Source: Candidatus Latescibacterota bacterium (GTDB taxonomy: Bacteria; Latescibacterota; UBA2968; UBA8231). Taken from it: a stretch of DNA of 64,000 nt. The stretch lies in contig OZ253462.1 in assembly GCA_965261395.1 (NCBI GenBank), positions 3,392,001 through 3,456,000 of the forward strand. The letters run 5' to 3'. Position 1 is the first letter of the stretch. The number at the start of each line of letters is the position of its first letter. Positions 59,022 through 64,000 of this stretch are shown in pieces. A program made the position numbers and the translations under genes. A model generated the notes under the pieces. It was not told the origin of the DNA. It did no database searches and was given only the letters and a program-made list of their open reading frames with translations.

Positions 59022-61112
59022 ATGCGACTCATCAGTACGTTTTGCCTCATGCTGGCCTTTGTGCTGGCCGGCAGTGCCCATGCCCACATCGGCGAAAAGG
59101 TCTATCTGATCTTCGAGATCCCGGATGCCGATTTGGGGGATATTAATCTCTTCGACGGGGACATCTCCGACTGGGAGGATGTGGTCGGCGATGCTTCGCT
59201 TGGGCCTGAAGACTTTTTTGCCGATCCGACCGTCGGCGACGGTGCCCAGTACGATCCAGCCGATATGGACTACCGGGTCTGGCTGGGTTGGAACGACACC
59301 AACAACCGGCTCTACCTCGCGGCCGAGCGCACTGACGATGTGTACATCAACGAGTACGCCGGCGGCCAGCCCGCCTCGGTATGGCAGCACGATTCGATCG
59401 AGTTCATGGTGGATGGCGACCACTCCGGTGGCCAGTACAATTTCAACAACGATGATAGGCTTTGTTGCATGAAAACCGGTCGGGGCCGTGTTGGCTTCTT
59501 TCGCGTGTGATTTACGCTTTTTTGGTTAGCGGATAGGACTCAGGTTTCGCCAACGCCCGCATCCGGTTGAGCAAGGCACAGCCCAACCGCGCTTCGGTCT
59601 GTTGGTTGGTTAGGGTTCGGGTGCGCAAGGTGTCACCAAGTATCTGTTTGTAGCGGCCTATCTGCGTTTCGGCTACCGAGCGTCGATGATAGCCGCTCTC
59701 GTGTTTCCAACCTCGACGGCCCCGTTTGCGGATGGCTCGAATCGTCTCATCGCGGGGCAACGGCTCGGCGTTGGTGTTGCCATGTTGCTCGATTTTGGCG
59801 TCCTTGCGCGGCGGAATGATCGGATGAATAGGTGCCCCCTGCTCGGGCGCGGCCAACGCCTTGAACACCTTGCGTTTGTCATAGGCCCCATCGCCGCCCA
59901 ACGCCTCCACGGGGGCCTCGATCTGTGCCAGCAACGGCTCCACCTGCCCCGCATCATCGTGGCTATTCGTCGTCAAGGTCTGCGCGACGATCTCGCCGGT
60001 GGCTTCATTAACCCCGAGGTGCAATTTGCGCCACGTGCGCCGCTTGCTCCAGCCGTGCTGACGCACCTTCCATTCGCCTTCGCCATACACTTTCAGCCCG
60101 GTCGAATCCACCACCAAGTGCATCGGTTGGTCTCCCCGCTGGGGCGGCCACGCCACGGCTAAACCCGCCTGACGGCGCGACAGGGTCGTGTGATCGGGCA
60201 CCCGCAGATCCAAGCCCATCAGGGCCAACACCGAAGCGACAAACCCCTCGGTTTGGCGTAGGGGCAAGTGATACAAAAGACGCAGCGTCAACGCCGTTTG
60301 GATGGCGACCTCCGAAAAGGTATATTGCGCCCCCCGCTGAGGCGGCCCTTGATAATACCAAGCTTCGACGGCCTGGGGCGTGAACCACACCGTCAGACTA
60401 CCGCGCTGTTGCAGCCCGGCCTCATAGTCGGCCCAATTACGTACCCGGTACACGACGTTGGAGCGACGGCGAGGCGAGCGACCAGGCTTGACGGAAGAGG
60501 GGCAAGACGATAGGTTGGCCATGACAGGTTCCTTGGACGAGAAAGCATGGGTTTTTTGGCGAAAGTCGTGCTCAATCTACTGAGGAGCCTGTTTTTATTC
60601 AACCGATCAACCGAAAAAAACACCAATTCATGCACCAAAGCCACGATGATACCATGACCGACGAGGAGAAGGCGCTCAACCAGAACCGCCAAGCTCAGAA
60701 GTGGAACGCGATTTTCGACGTGCCCGATGGGCGGTTTTTGGGCTATCCCGGCCGGGCCGATTGGCTCAACGCGCCACCCTTGAGCGATGGCGGCGGCCAG
60801 TCGGTCGGCGAAGGGCCGACTGTCTCGGTGCTGGAGATCTACGTCACACCCTATGACGACATCGTCTTCAGCGACGAGGCCGCTAGCGTAGCCACCGACC
60901 TAGAGGCCGGCAACATCATCGGCTTACAGATCGCCATGCCGGACTTCGACACCGCTCCTCAGGAGTACCGGGCCTACCACACCCTCTCCGGCCAAGCAGC
61001 GACCTTCCGCTTTGCCGAGCGTTTCGTCGATGGCCAGCTAGTCGGTGCCGACGACGCGACCGCGGTGGCTGACCGGTCTTGGGCGCGGATCAAGGCGAGT
61101 TTTAACGAGTAG
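59022..61112 (+). pseudogene. Secreted SWARIK-tail protein (paralog of 28208-29116) interrupted by IS
   Basis: AAGGAGG RBS, signal peptide ending AHA; halves 59022-59457 and 60652-61112 join in frame (YNFNNDD-TMTDEEK) once the IS and one direct repeat are removed; ends ATAVADRSWARIKASFNE. Confidence 0.88.
59458..60642 (-). mobile_element. IS5-family (IS903-like) element, divergent isoform; transposase 59512-60522
   Basis: Ends GGCTTTGTTGCATGAA / TTCATGCACCAAAGCC; 9-bp target duplication ACGATGATA at 59449-57 and 60643-51. Confidence 0.96.
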
Positions 61113-61125
61113 GCTTTTTGCTTTT

Positions 61126-61174
61126 TACCCCCTGCGCGAGAGGTAGCACCTTTCGCGCAGGGGTACTTTTATTT
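61126..61174 (+). terminator. Intrinsic terminator
   Basis: CCCCTGCGCGAGAGGT-AGC-ACCTTTCGCGCAGGGG followed by TACTTTTATTTT. Confidence 0.75.
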
Positions 61175-61222
61175 TAGAAGCCGTCTGCGCCCCAAGAGCG
61201 AGCGAACGGTTTCTAAGGGCCG

Positions 61223-63535
61223 ATGTTATCGACTCTTTTGAAAATAACAACACCTAACAAGGCTATCGGCTGGACGGCCATTGTGCTGGGGCTGCTTTGC
61301 GGCCCGGTGACAGCGCAAGCGGCGACTCGCGTTGAAGTGCCCATTTTTGAGGGCGGTGCGGGATTGGACTTTTTCTTTTTCTCCGCACGCGAGTACGAAA
61401 AGGTCCGTCCCGATGTGCAGGTCAATCTCTACGGCGACCCGCGCATCGCCGACAAGGTGCGGGTGCGGATCCTCGAAGGGAGTTTCCCGGAAGTCAGCAA
61501 CGCGGGTCTCAACTACTGGTCGCTGATCCGCAACGGCGAAATCCTGCCCCTCGACGACTATTTGGATGGGCCGAGTTGGGATGGGGACCGGACTTGGCGC
61601 GCGTCTTTCCTGCCCGGCAGTCTCGACCGCTATGAGCACGAGGGCAAGATCTACGGCATTCCCTTCCTCTATTCGGTCTATGCGGTCTGGTACAACAAGA
61701 ACATGTTCGAAGAGCACGGCTGGGTACCGCCGCGTACTTGGGACGATTTTTTCGCTCTCTGCGAGCAAATCCGCGCAGCAGGAGTTTGGCCGCTGGCCTT
61801 TCAGGGGCGTTATCCAGGCTATATCGGCGGCGTGACCGACAACGCCTATTACCATCTCGCTGGCCGTGCGCGCTTCTACGAGCAGAAGGAGTTGGTGCCG
61901 GGCAGTTTCGCCAACCCCGAATACGTTACGGCGCTCGGGCTTATTCAGCGCACGGCGCAAGAGTACTTCCAGCCCGGTGCTCTCGGCATGAGCCACACCG
62001 AGGCGCAGCTCGAGTTTTTCTTGGCGCATACCGCGATGGTCTTTTGCGGCTCTTGGCTCAAAAGCGAGATGATGGGCAAAATCCCCGACGGCTTCCGCTT
62101 GGGGACGTTTAATTTGCCCGTGGTCGAGGGCGGAGCCGGCGAACCCGGTGCCATCTATACTGGTGCCGGGTATTACTTTGTCTTCAAAAACAGCGCCCAC
62201 CCCGAGTTGGGCGTGGATTTTTTGCGCTTTATGACCTCGCGGGAGATGGCGGGCACCTTTGCCGAGATGCGCGATATTTTGGTGGCCGTCGACGGGGCGA
62301 TGGAAGGGCGGACCAGCGAGGATTTGCAGGACTTGGTGGAATTGGCGCAGCAGGCTTCTACGGCCTATGGCACTGCCCCGGGCGAGGGCTTCCCGGAGAT
62401 GGATCAGTTCCTCAACGATGTGCGTTTTAAGATCGTCAATGGACAGATAACGCCGGAGGAGGGGGCCAAGAAGTTGGAGTCGGCGGCTGAGGCAGTGCGC
62501 AACCGCAACCAGCACCCGGATCAGATCACCGTCCGCCACCTGTGGAAACCCGCGCTGCTGTTGGGCCTTTTGGCATTGGCGATGGGCTATTGGTTGTACA
62601 CGACGGCGCGGCAGTGGCGCGAGAGGCGGGTCGGTCAAGTGCCACGATCTACCAGCACCGTGCGCCTGGGCTGGGCTGGGGTGGTGTTCTTCGTCGGTCC
62701 GGCGGCGGCGTTCTACACGCTCTTCGTGGTGGTGCCCAGCATCAAGTCCTTTTTCTGGAGCGCGATGCGCTGGGATGGGCTGACGGAGATGGTCTTTGTC
62801 GGGCTGTTGCACTTCCAGCGGCTGCTGTTTGAGAGTGACGAGTTCTGGATCGCGCTGTCGAACAATCTCTTCATCATGTTCGTCATTCCGCTCTGCGTGT
62901 TGCCGCTGGCGCTTTTTCTGGCGGTGTGCATCAGCCGCGAGGTCGTCGGGGCCAAGCTCTTCCGCATCGTCTTCTTCTTTCCCAACATCCTCGGCGGGGT
63001 CGCGGCGACGCTGCTGTGGATGCACTTGTACAATCCACAGGGTGGGCCGGTCAACACGGTGTTGGTGGCCTTGGGGTTGGAGGGGTTTGCTGGCTTTGCG
63101 TGGCTGGCGCAGGACAACCTCTATTGGGCGCTGATACCCATGTCGATCTGGGGCGCGGCCGGGTTTAATATGGTGCTGTTTTTGGCGGCGATGGAGAGCA
63201 TTCCGCAGAGCATGTACGAGGCGGCTGATATCGACGGGGCCTCGGCTTGGCGTCAGTTTTGGTCGATTACCGTGCCGCTGATTTGGGAGGTGTTGTCGAT
63301 AGCGATCGTGTTTATGATCATCGGCGGGATGAAGGCGTTTGAGGTGATTTGGCTGTTGACCAATCAGCGGCCGACGACCGACAACCACGTGATTGGCACG
63401 CGGATGGTGCAGGCGATGTTTACCGAGTTCAAGGTGGGGGAGGCCACGGCGATTGCGGTGCTGCTTTTTTTGATCGTGTTCTTTGGCACTACTGCGACCT
63501 TGCGCGTGATGAAGCGCGAAGCTGTGGAGTTTTGA
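61223..63535 (+). CDS. Fusion of carbohydrate substrate-binding protein and MalF-like permease
   Basis: Signal peptide (AQA); SBP motifs YGIPF, WYNKNMF, PRTWDDF; then TM segments with FVGLLHF and FLAAMESIPQSMYEAADIDGA in one open frame. Confidence 0.88.
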   Translation: MLSTLLKITTPNKAIGWTAIVLGLLCGPVTAQAATRVEVPIFEGGAGLDFFFFSAREYEKVRPDVQVNLYGDPRIADKVRVRILEGSFPEVSNAGLNYWSLIRNGEILPLDDYLDGPSWDGDRTWRASFLPGSLDRYEHEGKIYGIPFLYSVYAVWYNKNMFEEHGWVPPRTWDDFFALCEQIRAAGVWPLAFQGRYPGYIGGVTDNAYYHLAGRARFYEQKELVPGSFANPEYVTALGLIQRTAQEYFQPGALGMSHTEAQLEFFLAHTAMVFCGSWLKSEMMGKIPDGFRLGTFNLPVVEGGAGEPGAIYTGAGYYFVFKNSAHPELGVDFLRFMTSREMAGTFAEMRDILVAVDGAMEGRTSEDLQDLVELAQQASTAYGTAPGEGFPEMDQFLNDVRFKIVNGQITPEEGAKKLESAAEAVRNRNQHPDQITVRHLWKPALLLGLLALAMGYWLYTTARQWRERRVGQVPRSTSTVRLGWAGVVFFVGPAAAFYTLFVVVPSIKSFFWSAMRWDGLTEMVFVGLLHFQRLLFESDEFWIALSNNLFIMFVIPLCVLPLALFLAVCISREVVGAKLFRIVFFFPNILGGVAATLLWMHLYNPQGGPVNTVLVALGLEGFAGFAWLAQDNLYWALIPMSIWGAAGFNMVLFLAAMESIPQSMYEAADIDGASAWRQFWSITVPLIWEVLSIAIVFMIIGGMKAFEVIWLLTNQRPTTDNHVIGTRMVQAMFTEFKVGEATAIAVLLFLIVFFGTTATLRVMKREAVEF

Positions 63536-63537
63536 AT

Positions 63538-64000
63538 ATGGCCGAGCAACGCAAATTTTCCTTCGCCAAACCTTTTGTCTATCTAGCACTGTGCGGCTAT
63601 CTGACGGTTGTGGTCTATCCGATGCTGTGGCTGTTGTACACTTCGCTGAAGACGGACCGCGAGATTTTCCTCAACCCCTTCAGCCTGCCCGAGCTTGGCG
63701 ATCTGCAATGGATCAACTTTGTCAACGCTTGGACTAAGGGGCACTTCGGCGATTACTTCTTTAACAGCGTCTTTTTGACCGTCTCGACCGTGGCGGTTTC
63801 CATGCTGCTGGCGGCGATGGCGGCTTACGCGCTGGCGCGCTTTAGGTTCTTTGGGGTGCGGCCGATGTTTTTCTACTTCTTGGCCGGGCTGATGATTCCG
63901 TTGCAACTGTCTATTGTGCCGCTCTTTTTTCAGATGAAGGACTTTGGACTGCTCAATTCGCGGCTGGGTATTCTGATGGTCTATGTGGCTTTTGGGATGC
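63538..64000 (+). CDS. Carbohydrate ABC transporter permease (MalG-like), runs off window end
   Basis: MAEQRK...YPMLWLLYTSLKT...YFFNSV...AAYALARF...GLMIP. Confidence 0.88.
   Translation, partial: MAEQRKFSFAKPFVYLALCGYLTVVVYPMLWLLYTSLKTDREIFLNPFSLPELGDLQWINFVNAWTKGHFGDYFFNSVFLTVSTVAVSMLLAAMAAYALARFRFFGVRPMFFYFLAGLMIPLQLSIVPLFFQMKDFGLLNSRLGILMVYVAFGM

Noticed and set aside
58740-59510. 256-aa ORF as a complete gene
   Set aside because: Chimera: the real gene starts at 59022 and the last residues read into the IS.
61155-61165. 11-nt match (GCGCAGGGGTA) to the predicted TnpB guide
   Set aside because: Short, GC-rich, inside a terminator stem and not next to the candidate TTGAC TAM; chance is plausible.
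61226-63589. 787-aa antisense ORF mirroring the SBP-permease fusion
   Set aside because: Shadow frame of a GC-rich, membrane-protein-coding gene; His/Arg/Gln-rich with no motifs.

Overview
This is a GC-rich bacterial window dominated by solute uptake and catabolism genes. It holds two tandem family-5 substrate-binding lipoproteins, one ribose-type ABC system, three CUT1 carbohydrate ABC modules with no ATPase gene in the window, a sulfatase, two PhyH dioxygenases, Gfo/Idh/MocA, AKR and SDR oxidoreductases, and an M20 peptidase. It also carries four paralogous ~630-770 aa polytopic membrane proteins (DUF6785/DUF6784-like, possibly OPT-related) and two secreted acidic paralogs ending in a 'TAVxxxSW(G/A)RIKASF' tail. 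That tail, with the ankyrin, TPR, PhyH and sulfatase content, suggests a Latescibacterota/Poribacteria-like organism, possibly a sponge symbiont (inference). Mobile DNA is abundant: three IS903-like copies, two other IS5-family elements, IS701, IS30 and a solo tnpB, several of which visibly break genes. Defence and TA genes include a Type ISP restriction-modification enzyme, BrnTA-like and RelE/HigA-like pairs, and an IS-split Cas2-like gene. No rRNA, tRNA or CRISPR array was recognised. Family names come from recalled motifs, not database searches.
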